A model generated the notes under the pieces. That model was not told the origin of the DNA. It did not search any database and saw nothing but the letters and a program-made list of their open reading frames with translations. A program made the position numbers and the translations under genes. DNA of 64,000 nucleotides. It comes from Myxococcota bacterium. Lineage in GTDB: Bacteria; Myxococcota; JAJVIH01. Within the stretch, counting starts at the first letter, position 1; each line of letters starts with the position of its first letter. Shown here piece after piece: positions 10,152 through 18,507 of the stretch. The DNA lies in contig JAJVIH010000054.1 in the NCBI GenBank assembly GCA_022072125.1, forward strand, positions 20,368 through 84,367. The letters run 5' to 3'.

Positions 10152-10244
10152 TGGCGGAGAGAGAGGGATTCGAACCCTCGATACGCCTTTTGAGCGTATA
10201 ACGGTTTAGCAAACCGCCGCCTTAAGCCTCTCGGCCATCTCTCC
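10152..10244 (-). tRNA. tRNA-Ser (anticodon GCU)
   Basis: Reverse complement folds as a 93-nt class II tRNA: acceptor GGAGAGA/TCTCTCC, anticodon stem-loop GCGGT-TTGCTAA-ACCGT (anticodon GCT), long variable arm, T-arm GAGGG-TTCGAAT-CCCTC, encoded CCA. Confidence 0.9.
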
Positions 10245-10299
10245 GCGCGGGGGCACGTATTTACCCGCCAGCCCAATGCGGGTCAAGCGGCCCGCCTGC

Positions 10300-11796
10300 T
10301 CATTTCCATGTGCCGCTGCAGTCGGTTTCCACGGTGCGGGCCACTTTGCAGAGGGGGGTGGCCTTGGTGTAGTCCGCATCGGTATCCCCCGAACATTGCG
10401 AGGGTTTGGGACCGCAAGTCCCGATGGTGGTGTGGGGTCCCGTGGGAAACGCCTTGGGCAACCCCTTGCGGAACGGCGAGCGGTTGGGCGGAACCCAATA
10501 GGGGTGATTCAGGATGAAGCTCCACAACAATTCGAACTTGGGCATGTTTTGATCGTTGTCCAGCCTCGGCACCGGCGGCACGCCGTGCTGGCAGGGGTGT
10601 ACGCATTCAACGGTGAAATGGCCATCCTTGACCAGGGCTTCCTGATAACGCATGGACATTTTGGTCATGTCGAGGATGCAGCGATCCGTGCATCCGCCCC
10701 ATAGCACCAGCGTATGGTATTTGTGCGTCTGCGGCTGCCATTTCGGGAAGGTGTCCGAATATCCGCCGGACAGCGACAGCACCGAAGCCAGGTATTCGCC
10801 GCGCTGGGTCGCCAGGTATGCCGACCACAATGCGCCCGCGCTGACGCCCACCGTGCTGACGCACTGATTGTTCACCGCGAACTGCTGGGACAGGCAGTAC
10901 AGGGTGTCGTCGAAAAATTTGATGTCCGCCTCTGGACCCGTTTGTCCGCCGGGATCAGCGGGCTTGCTGGTGGTCACCGCCGGAGGAAACGGCCAGGTGT
11001 TGGCGGTATACAGCCGGTCGCCGTTGGCTTTCTTCAGCGCTTCCGGAATGACGGCGATGAAGCGGTGGGTTTTGACCGCCCACATGATCTCCGCGTCGCG
11101 CAGAAAACTCTTGGCCTTGGCCGCCAGCCAGTGCCAGCCCCACACCACGGGCAGCGGGGTTTTGCCATCCCAGTCCGGAGGATACACCAGGTAAAACTGA
11201 CGGTTGTTGCCCGCGGACAGGATGGTGTTGATATTTCCCGCCGGTTCGATTTCCCACAGGCCCTGCTTGTCGTACCCGCCGGCGGGATTCCATTTCGGAT
11301 CGGCGAAGTTGTTTTTGAACACCGGGCAGGTTCCGGAATAGGGTTTGAAAGGCGGCGGTTTTGGCGCGCCTTCCGGAACCGGGCTGGCGCAACTGACATC
11401 ATCCGGCACCGGAAAGGCGGGCTCGGGACCCGCGTCGGGGTCGGCCGGGGCGGTGTCTTCGGGGCCGCTGTCGCCGGACGTGTTGTCGCCCGGCGTGGCG
11501 TCGGCTGGGGAGGTTCCTTTGTCCTCTTCGCCGGAGTCCGCGGCGCCATTATCTGTTTCCGTTGTATCCGCCGGAGTGGCGTCGGACGCCGCGCCATCGC
11601 TGGTTCCGGCGGGCGTGCTGGAATCCGCGGGCGTGGCGGCGGAACTGTCCTCCGTGGAGGCGTTGGCGTCTGGCGTGGCGCCTCCCTGGTCCGCCGGGGA
11701 GTCTGATGAACACGCGGCGGTGGTCATCGCCATCAGCACGGCGAAAATGGCCAAGCGGCGAAAGGCGGGCGAACAGCCGGATTTCAGGACCGTCAT
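10300..11796 (-). CDS. lipoprotein with alpha/beta-hydrolase (esterase/depolymerase-like) domain
   Basis: Start at ATG for MTVLKSG.. (11796); lipobox LMAMTTAAC; long acidic Asp/Thr/Ser/Pro-rich linker; GxSxG nucleophile motif VGVSAGA. Confidence 0.6.
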   Translation of the reverse strand: MTVLKSGCSPAFRRLAIFAVLMAMTTAACSSDSPADQGGATPDANASTEDSSAATPADSSTPAGTSDGAASDATPADTTETDNGAADSGEEDKGTSPADATPGDNTSGDSGPEDTAPADPDAGPEPAFPVPDDVSCASPVPEGAPKPPPFKPYSGTCPVFKNNFADPKWNPAGGYDKQGLWEIEPAGNINTILSAGNNRQFYLVYPPDWDGKTPLPVVWGWHWLAAKAKSFLRDAEIMWAVKTHRFIAVIPEALKKANGDRLYTANTWPFPPAVTTSKPADPGGQTGPEADIKFFDDTLYCLSQQFAVNNQCVSTVGVSAGALWSAYLATQRGEYLASVLSLSGGYSDTFPKWQPQTHKYHTLVLWGGCTDRCILDMTKMSMRYQEALVKDGHFTVECVHPCQHGVPPVPRLDNDQNMPKFELLWSFILNHPYWVPPNRSPFRKGLPKAFPTGPHTTIGTCGPKPSQCSGDTDADYTKATPLCKVARTVETDCSGTWK

Positions 11797-12110
11797 GGTT
11801 GAACCTCCCTTGGGGCGCGGCAGCCGGATGACGGCGACGTTACCACAGGCTTTCCGGGAGAGAAAAGGGCAAATACGACGCGGATTCATGTCTTGTTCCG
11901 CCATGGGTTTTCATGCGATTTGCGCGATCAGACTCCCCCCGCCCGCCGGAGGATCGGGAGGTCTGGCGCATGGCGACTGCGCCGGCGCACATCACAGGAT
12001 GAGGGACGGGAGGCGGAACCATTTTGTGGTCAAGCAGGGATTATTTTGCTCCGGCAATCTCCACGGTGGTAGCGTTCGCCACCATGGGCGACGCGCCGTC
12101 AGCCGCCGCA

Positions 12111-12503
12111 ATGCGGATATTTGTTCTGGGTCTGGCCGTACTGGTTCTGGATGCCTGCCAGTTTTTCGAGCGCGAAACCCATCCGGACGAATTTGCGGGT
12201 ATCGGCGTGGAACTGGAACTGCCGGCGGGGACCAAACATCCCACCATTCGCCAGGCGTTTTCCGGCGGTCCTGCTCACGCCGCCGGGCTGAAGCCGGGGG
12301 ACGCCATTCTGGCGGCGGGGGGGGTATCCACCGAGAGCAAATCCATCATGGATGTCGTGCAGTTGCTGCGCGGACGCCCCGAAACCGAAGTGGTGCTGGA
12401 TATCCGGGCGGCGGATGGCTCCATCCGCAAGGTGACAGTCAGGCGGCGGATATTCACCCGGACGGAAAGCGGCGAGTCCGGCTACAACGTCCGCGGCAAG
12501 TAA
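12111..12503 (+). CDS. small PDZ-domain lipoprotein
   Basis: ATG at 12111 (MRIFVLGLAVLVLDAC, lipobox LDAC); PDZ-like GLKPGDAILAAGG core. Confidence 0.55.
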   Translation: MRIFVLGLAVLVLDACQFFERETHPDEFAGIGVELELPAGTKHPTIRQAFSGGPAHAAGLKPGDAILAAGGVSTESKSIMDVVQLLRGRPETEVVLDIRAADGSIRKVTVRRRIFTRTESGESGYNVRGK

Positions 12504-12570
12504 AGGATTGTTTGCAGGGCGTGGATTTCCCCGTCATCCAAGGGGTGCGGCGGGGTTCTGGATGGGTGGG

Positions 12571-13635
12571 TTACGCCAGTTCGTTGACGTAGGGGGCCAG
12601 TTTGCGGCGCAGCCCTTCCCATTCCGGGCGGCGGCGGAAGGCCTCGCGCACGAACTTGAGGCTGTTGGGCACGTAGGGCAGGAAGTCGGGGTTCTTTTTG
12701 ACCCGGTCAATGTACACGAAGCGTCCGGCGTCCTTGAGTTTGCGCTGGAGGGTTTGCAGATCGAACCACTCCTTGACCCGCGCGTCGGTCGTGCCCTTGG
12801 GCAAAAGACCGCGTTCATTGGCGCGGGCGGCGTATCGCTTGATCATCTGTTCGACCAGGGAGTTGGGCAGGTCCACGTAGGAATCGCGGAGCAAGGCCAC
12901 CAGGTCATAGACAATGGGCCCCATCAGGGCGTCCTGGAAATCAATCAGGACCACCCGGTCCTTTTGGAACATCAGGTTCCGGGACTGGTAATCACGATGG
13001 ACAAAATGCGTGGGGATTTTCAGCAATTCCTTGACCAGCAGGTCGAAATTCCGGCTCATCTCCGCGCGGATGGGGCGGGATAGCTTGGAGTTGCGCCGCG
13101 CTTCGATGCCGAACTCGATGAAATGGTCACATTCCCACATCAACAGTTCATTGTCGAAGGACCGGGTTTTGGCCACGCAGGAGGATTTGGCGGCGTCCTC
13201 CGTGGCGGCCTGCATGTCCACCAGCAGGTCCACGGCGCGGGCGTAGGCTTCCGCCCACTCATCTGGTTTATGGGAGAGCAGCCAGCGTTCCATGGTCTCG
13301 TCGCCTAGGTCTTCCAGGATCAGAAACCCTTCCTTGATCGCTTCATGATGGATTTCCGGCACGGGCAGGTCTTTGGATTTCAAGTAGCGGTGGACATTCA
13401 GAAAAGGTAATTCCTTCGGGGCTTTTCCCTTGCTGGCCTCTTCGGATTTGGCGGCGTCTCCGGGCAGCACCATCACCACATAACTCTGTCCGGGCTTTCC
13501 TTTCGCACCGACCAGCGCACGGTAGTAGGAACGGGTGGAGGCGTCGCCTTTCAGCTTGACCAACTCAATTTCCGGCTTCTTCAGCCCTGTGATTTCACGC
13601 AATGCAGGGGCGACCATGTCGAGCAACGGACCCAT
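12571..13635 (-). CDS. phosphotransferase-family kinase (APH/choline-kinase fold, AmgK-like)
   Basis: Brenner-type catalytic motif HRDYQSRNLM and downstream LIDFQDA (DFG-like) characteristic of aminoglycoside phosphotransferase-fold kinases. Confidence 0.75.
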   Translation of the reverse strand: MGPLLDMVAPALREITGLKKPEIELVKLKGDASTRSYYRALVGAKGKPGQSYVVMVLPGDAAKSEEASKGKAPKELPFLNVHRYLKSKDLPVPEIHHEAIKEGFLILEDLGDETMERWLLSHKPDEWAEAYARAVDLLVDMQAATEDAAKSSCVAKTRSFDNELLMWECDHFIEFGIEARRNSKLSRPIRAEMSRNFDLLVKELLKIPTHFVHRDYQSRNLMFQKDRVVLIDFQDALMGPIVYDLVALLRDSYVDLPNSLVEQMIKRYAARANERGLLPKGTTDARVKEWFDLQTLQRKLKDAGRFVYIDRVKKNPDFLPYVPNSLKFVREAFRRRPEWEGLRRKLAPYVNELA

Positions 13636-13869
13636 CTTCGCAACTCCCGTGTGGGATGGAGATTCAACGCTTCACCTTATCACAGGGGTGGTCCACTGGA
13701 AAGTGCCGGGAATGTGACACGGCGTGGCCGGCGCCTATGTCGCCATTCAGACCATGAACCGTTTTCCCCTGGTGTGTGACATTGGCATGTATTTCATGTG
13801 ACAGAAGAATCGTGTTTGTGTTACAGAAATGAGCCGGGCTTGTTACGCAGGGTCTGGATCAGGCATGCA

Positions 13870-16800
13870 ATGAAAGGAAAACCCATGGCTTTCTGGAACC
13901 GGGTGGCGTTGGTTGTGGTATGGATGGCGGCGGCGGTGGCCTGTTCTTCTTCGGAGCCTGCCGCTCCAGATGGTTCCGGTCAGACTCCCGGACCGGGAGC
14001 GGATGCCTCCCCCGGCGACAACACCGTTCCAGACACCGCTCCGGGAGACGCCTCCCCGCCCAATGACGCCGCTCCGGGTGACTCAACCCCGGATGATCAG
14101 CCCCCCCCGCCATCCCGCAAACGGGTCGAGATTGATCTGGCGCCGTATCTGACCGGTTCGGCTGGGGGCGAAGCCAGGGTGTTTGTCTCCACCTCCGGTG
14201 ATCAACTGGTGGGCGGTCAGGCCGCACAGGGACGGGTGGGCGATTACGTGCTGGAAAATGACGCCGCCCGGTTCGTGGTGGAAAAGGATGACCGCGCCAT
14301 CGGCCCATGTCCCTACGGCGGCAATGTCATTGACGCCTGGCACAAGTCATCCCCCCGCGGCGGCGAATCCATTGGCGACGTGATCGGCGAGATCTGCCTG
14401 CTGATCAACGCCGGTCAGACCCTCGATCCCGAGACCTATGAAATCCTTGAGCCGGGCGGCCCGGGCAAGCCCGCCGTACTGGCGGTCACCGGCAAGCTGG
14501 AATTGCTCGATTTCATCAATATCAAGGGGATGGTGAGCGGTTTCCTGCGCGGGGCCAACATCAAGTTGGGCGTGGATACGGACGCCATTGTTCCGGTCAC
14601 GGTCACCAACTATTTCATCATGCACCCCGGCGAAAACGCGGTGCAGATTGTCACCGCTTTCCGCAACGATGGCGATGTGCGCGCCCGCTTCATGGTCAGC
14701 CACCTCATCAATTCCGGAGGAGAGGTGCGTTTCTTCAATCCGCTCAGCACCCTCAAAGGATATGGATACAAAGACCTCGGCGCCGACGCCCTGACCACGG
14801 AAAAACTGCTCTACCTGGCCTTCGCCGGAAAAGAGAGCGGATATCTATACCTGAGCGACCCCGTGGAAAGTCTGAAAGAGGAATATCCCCTTGGCGGCGG
14901 ATACGTTTCGGTGTCGGGCGTGGCGGTGTCCCTGCTTGGCAACAAGGATATTTTTGGAACCCTGCTGGCGGATCCGGGCAGTTTTTCCCGCCTGCCGGGG
15001 GTGAAGGCCCTGGATCCGGGAAAAACCGCCGCCGTGCGCCATTGGATGTACGCCGGAACGCGCGCGCTTTCCAGCATGATTGACCCGGCCCTGGCCAAGG
15101 CCGGGGTGGCGTTGGCCAAGGTCAACGGTCAGGTCAACGGCGCCGATGGCAAGCCCGCCGCCGGGGTTGTGGTGACCGCTCTCGACAAGCAGAACCGGCC
15201 CATCAACCAGACGGTCACGGACAGCGCCGGGGCGTATTCCTTTGGATTGCCGGCGGGGGCCTACACCGTGTTGGCGCGTATCCCCGGTGCCACCCAGACT
15301 GCTCCGGCCAACGTCACCGTGACCGCGGGAACGCCAGCCACGGTTTCTGCGATGACCCTGGGCAGCCCGGCGACGCTCAAGGTGGAGGTCAAGAACACCG
15401 GCGGCGCGCCCATTCCCGCCCGCATCACCATTGTCTGCGTGGGCGGGACCTGCCCCATGGCGCCCACCGCCGCGGAGACGGATATCACCGTCGAGCGGCT
15501 GGCCGCCGGACTGGCCGCGCTGGAATTCACCGGCATGGATGGAACACGCTCCGTCCAGCTGCCGCCAGGGGATTACGAGATCATCGTCTCGCGCGGGATG
15601 GAATACTCCAGCTTTCCGCCGGACGCCCATGCCAAAGGCGGCCGCAAGGTGACCCTCAAGCCCGGCGAGGTCGCCACGGTGGAGGCCGAAATCGCCCCCG
15701 TGCTCGATACGCTTGAATCGCTGAGCGGCGATTTCCATGTGCATTCGGTTCCCTCGCCCGACAGCACCGTCAACCTGGAACACCGCATCCGCACCTTCCT
15801 CGGCGAGGGCGTGGATGTGTTGGTGTCCACGGATCATGATCGCATCACCGATTTCCGTCCGTGGATTGGCAAACTCAAGGCCGAGTCCATGCTGGGGCAT
15901 ATCACCGGCGTGGAACTGACCACCTTCGATTACGGGCATTACAATGGTTTTCCGATGATCCCCGAACCGGCGGCGCGCAATGAAGGCGCCCTCGACTGGG
16001 CGGGCGGAACCGGTCCCGGGCTGTCCCCGGCTCAAATTTTCAAATGGATGAAAGACCTGCCCGGCGATCAGGTGATCCAGGTCAATCACCCGGACTCCGG
16101 CTATCTCTCCATGATGCAAATCGATCCCCTGCGCGGGAAAAGCGCCGCCGACCCGGCGGGATTCCGCCTGACCGCGCCGCCCAAGGGGCCCGATGGCGAC
16201 ACCGGCATGTGGTCGCAGGACTTCACCGCCATCGAGATCATGAATGGCCATGGCCGCGGCGGATTCAACGCCTGCTTCCGCTGGTGGCTCGCCATGGTGG
16301 GACGCGGATTCACCCCCACCGCCACGGCGGTCAGCGACACCCACCAGCATTCCCGATCCCTGGCTGGCAGCCCGCGCACCTTTGTGTTCTATCCGCCAGG
16401 CAAACGCGCCACCGTGACCCCGCTGGAGGAGAACACCTTCACCGTGGCGGTGAACCAGGGCCGCGCCATTGGCACCAATGGCCCGTATTTCACCGCGGCG
16501 GTGATCAACGAGAAAGGAGAACGGGCGGGATTTGGCGAACTGGTGACCTCGCAGGCGGGTGAGGTGACGGTGGAAGCGCGCATCCAGACGCCAGAGTGGA
16601 TGACCGTTAACCTGATCGAGGCCTACGTCAACACGCCAGCGGCGGATCTGGGGGACATGCTGAAAATCTCCAGCGAACCGGTCAAGGCGGCGATGGCGGT
16701 TCCAGTGGAACTGGCCCCAGCCGATCTGAAGGAGGTTAGTCCCGGAAGTCCGCATCGCCGGTACGACAAAACCGTGACCTTCAAGGTTCCAGTGAAGGGC

Positions 16801-17067
16801 GATTCCTATGTGGTGCTGCTGGTGTCGTCATCGGGCGACAAGGCCCGGGACATGTTTCCAGTCCTGCCGTTCAAGGGCGTGACGCCGCGGGCGTTTTCCA
16901 ACCCCATCTATGTGGATGCGGATGGCGGCGGGTACGACAAGCCGCCGCTGAATCCCGCCTCCATTCCGCCGGCGAAATGGGTTCCCGGCGCGCCGGCGGC
17001 CCGCCGCGCCACCATGGATGATGTCCGTCAGGTGCTCCGCATGTGGGAGGAGTCGCATGCCCACTGA
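13870..17067 (+). CDS. large lipoprotein with carboxypeptidase-regulatory-like beta-sandwich and PHP/CehA-type metallophosphoesterase domain
   Basis: ATG at 13870; lipobox AAVAC; CarboxypepD_reg-like segment (VVTALDKQNRPINQTVTDSAGAYSFGLPAGAYTV); PHP-like motif DFHVHSVPSPDS..STDHD and further His clusters; contains in-frame C8 tract at 14101-14108. Confidence 0.7.
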   Translation: MKGKPMAFWNRVALVVVWMAAAVACSSSEPAAPDGSGQTPGPGADASPGDNTVPDTAPGDASPPNDAAPGDSTPDDQPPPPSRKRVEIDLAPYLTGSAGGEARVFVSTSGDQLVGGQAAQGRVGDYVLENDAARFVVEKDDRAIGPCPYGGNVIDAWHKSSPRGGESIGDVIGEICLLINAGQTLDPETYEILEPGGPGKPAVLAVTGKLELLDFINIKGMVSGFLRGANIKLGVDTDAIVPVTVTNYFIMHPGENAVQIVTAFRNDGDVRARFMVSHLINSGGEVRFFNPLSTLKGYGYKDLGADALTTEKLLYLAFAGKESGYLYLSDPVESLKEEYPLGGGYVSVSGVAVSLLGNKDIFGTLLADPGSFSRLPGVKALDPGKTAAVRHWMYAGTRALSSMIDPALAKAGVALAKVNGQVNGADGKPAAGVVVTALDKQNRPINQTVTDSAGAYSFGLPAGAYTVLARIPGATQTAPANVTVTAGTPATVSAMTLGSPATLKVEVKNTGGAPIPARITIVCVGGTCPMAPTAAETDITVERLAAGLAALEFTGMDGTRSVQLPPGDYEIIVSRGMEYSSFPPDAHAKGGRKVTLKPGEVATVEAEIAPVLDTLESLSGDFHVHSVPSPDSTVNLEHRIRTFLGEGVDVLVSTDHDRITDFRPWIGKLKAESMLGHITGVELTTFDYGHYNGFPMIPEPAARNEGALDWAGGTGPGLSPAQIFKWMKDLPGDQVIQVNHPDSGYLSMMQIDPLRGKSAADPAGFRLTAPPKGPDGDTGMWSQDFTAIEIMNGHGRGGFNACFRWWLAMVGRGFTPTATAVSDTHQHSRSLAGSPRTFVFYPPGKRATVTPLEENTFTVAVNQGRAIGTNGPYFTAAVINEKGERAGFGELVTSQAGEVTVEARIQTPEWMTVNLIEAYVNTPAADLGDMLKISSEPVKAAMAVPVELAPADLKEVSPGSPHRRYDKTVTFKVPVKGDSYVVLLVSSSGDKARDMFPVLPFKGVTPRAFSNPIYVDADGGGYDKPPLNPASIPPAKWVPGAPAARRATMDDVRQVLRMWEESHAH

Positions 17068-17169
17068 TTGGGCGTCTTGATTTCTCTTTGACGGTCCTGC
17101 GCCGTCCGGCCTTCGCGGTGGAGTGGGACGCCGATCCATGGATCGACCATCCTTTCTGGTTCCAACCTG

Positions 17170-18414
17170 TTACAGGATGTTTTTGATCAGTGAGAACATC
17201 CATTCAAGCAGGCGGTCTTTCCAGCCGCGTTGTTTCCACTGCCCGGGTTTGATCTCGATTGATCGGCGCATGTCCTCTTCAAACATTTTCCTCACGGTTG
17301 CGCCGAAATCCCAATCCAGCACCACCACGTTGATCTCCAGGTTGTGCAGGATGGACTGGTGATCCAGGTTGAACGAACCGATGCTGGTCCACACTCCGTC
17401 CACCAGGGCGCATTTGGCGTGCAGCACGCGTTCCTGCCATTCGAAGATATGCACGCCCGCGTCCAGCATGCGTTGATAATCGCGCCGCCCCGCGTAAATG
17501 ACCGCGTTGTTGTCGGACTTGCCCGACAGGACGAGGTCCACGTGCACGCCCCGTTTGGCCGCCTCAATCAGGTGGTTGATGACCTTGCGCGGCGGCGCGA
17601 AGTAGGCGTTGCTGATCAGGATATGCTCGCGGGCCCGGGCGATGGCGCGCAGATACGAACGCAACATGATGTGCCGCAACCGCGCCTTGCTGTTGGTGAT
17701 CACGCGCACGGGCGTGTCGCCGCATTTTTCCGGAACGGGACCCAGACTCTCCGGATCAATCTCCTTGCCGGTTTCCCGGCGCCAGGTTTCGGAAAAAATC
17801 CTCACCATGATGTCGGCGGCGGGGCCTTCCACCCGGATATGCGTATCGCGCCACGCCTCTCCTCCGGTGCTCGCCGGGGCGTATTGGTCGGAAATGTTCA
17901 GCCCGCCGGTGAAGCCGATGCATCGGTCCACCGCCAGAATTTTCCGGTGGTTGCGGCCCTTCCAGCCCCAACGGTTTTTCCACGGCGCCACCGGGCGGTA
18001 TTCCAGAATGCGCACCCCATCCCTGGAGAGTGTCGCCAGCAATTCATCGGAAATCGAAAGCGAGCCGAAGGAGTCGTAGATCAGGTAAACCTTCACGCCC
18101 GCCGCCGCGCGATCGCGCAGGGCTCCGGCGAAGAGTTGGCCGGTGCGGTCGCTGGCGAAAATATAGGTTTCCAGCAATATGGAATGCTTGGCCGATTGGA
18201 TCGCCTGCAACATGGATGGATAGGTCTGTTCGCCGTCAATCAGCAGTTGCGCCCGGTTGCCGTAGGAGACGTCCGGTGACGGGAAGAGCCGCTGATCCAG
18301 GTGGTCGAGCAGCCGGCCAAAGCGCCCGCCGCGCCAGGTTTCGGGGCGGCGTGGTTGGTCAATGCCATGGGGCGTCCATTTGCCCTGTTCCGGGTTGGCT
18401 TCTTCCGGCTTCAT
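17170..18414 (-). CDS. cls: cardiolipin synthase / phospholipase D-family protein (ClsB-like)
   Basis: Two HKD motifs (HRKILAVD and HAKCALVD..GSFNLD); size and motif spacing typical of cardiolipin synthase. Confidence 0.8.
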   Translation of the reverse strand: MKPEEANPEQGKWTPHGIDQPRRPETWRGGRFGRLLDHLDQRLFPSPDVSYGNRAQLLIDGEQTYPSMLQAIQSAKHSILLETYIFASDRTGQLFAGALRDRAAAGVKVYLIYDSFGSLSISDELLATLSRDGVRILEYRPVAPWKNRWGWKGRNHRKILAVDRCIGFTGGLNISDQYAPASTGGEAWRDTHIRVEGPAADIMVRIFSETWRRETGKEIDPESLGPVPEKCGDTPVRVITNSKARLRHIMLRSYLRAIARAREHILISNAYFAPPRKVINHLIEAAKRGVHVDLVLSGKSDNNAVIYAGRRDYQRMLDAGVHIFEWQERVLHAKCALVDGVWTSIGSFNLDHQSILHNLEINVVVLDWDFGATVRKMFEEDMRRSIEIKPGQWKQRGWKDRLLEWMFSLIKNIL

Positions 18415-18507
18415 GCTGTCAGCGGCGCCGCCATGACGCGGGCTTGAAAACGGATGGTGATGGTGACAAGGATGATAATTCGACTCAATCGGGGAGTATG
18501 CAGAACG

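Noticed and set aside
14845-16755. 636-aa minus-strand ORF
   Set aside because: Antisense to the large PHP/CehA lipoprotein gene; Arg/Gly/His-rich shadow ORF
17068-17169. Intrinsic terminator between the convergent large lipoprotein and cls genes
   Set aside because: Only weak short inverted repeats (GACGG..CCGTC) without a T-tract; insufficient support
17170-18414. PLD-family protein as a defence nuclease
   Set aside because: The two HKD motifs and size fit a cardiolipin synthase (ClsB-like) better; no helicase/ATPase partner adjacent
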